Shown: in pieces, positions 33,934 to 34,139 of the stretch
How the letters are laid out: the number at the start of each line of letters is the position of its first letter
How positions within the stretch are numbered: the first letter of the stretch is position 1
NCBI RefSeq assembly: GCF_001194135.2
Contig: NC_068998.1
Location: forward strand, 45,862,906 to 45,897,044
DNA: 34,139 nucleotides
Source of the DNA: Octopus bimaculoides
Lineage: Eukaryota
Direction: 5' to 3'
Notes under the pieces: model-generated
The model's input: the letters and a program-made list of their open reading frames with translations, nothing else
The model's database searches: none
Told to the model about the DNA's origin: nothing
Made by a program: the position numbers and the translations under genes

Positions 33934-33995
<62 letters not shown>
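33933..33995. repeat. (ATCT)n microsatellite
   Basis: directly visible. Confidence 0.97.
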
Positions 33996-34139
33996 GATCT
34001 GTCTGTCTCTATCGCTCTTTCTCTTTATGCACACACACACACAGGTATAGATGTATGTATATTACACATATGTGCACAGATGATGGACACATGTACACAA
34101 ACATACCACACGCATATATATGAATATATATATATTATA

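Overview
AT-rich eukaryotic DNA packed with microsatellites and broken by nine N gaps (about 2.4 kb in total). The SINE families and repeat style fit an octopus (coleoid cephalopod) genome; this is inferred from recalled SINE sequences, not from a database search. No host protein-coding gene, tRNA/rRNA gene or CRISPR array can be supported, and nearly all listed ORFs are microsatellite or N-run artefacts. The window is a layered graveyard of mobile elements: four tRNA-derived SINE families (my labels A-D) plus a repeated tail fragment (E); decayed non-LTR retrotransposons (HERO-like, R4/Dong-like, two CR1/L2-group 3' ends); a Penelope-like element with a GIY-YIG domain; three Tc1/mariner relics (DD34E, DD36E, maT-like); and four MITE copies from three families. 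The most notable signal is a minimal type-I hammerhead ribozyme motif at the right edge of the gap ending at 13777, next to the Penelope element; a more decayed hammerhead-like motif lies at about 33.6 kb.
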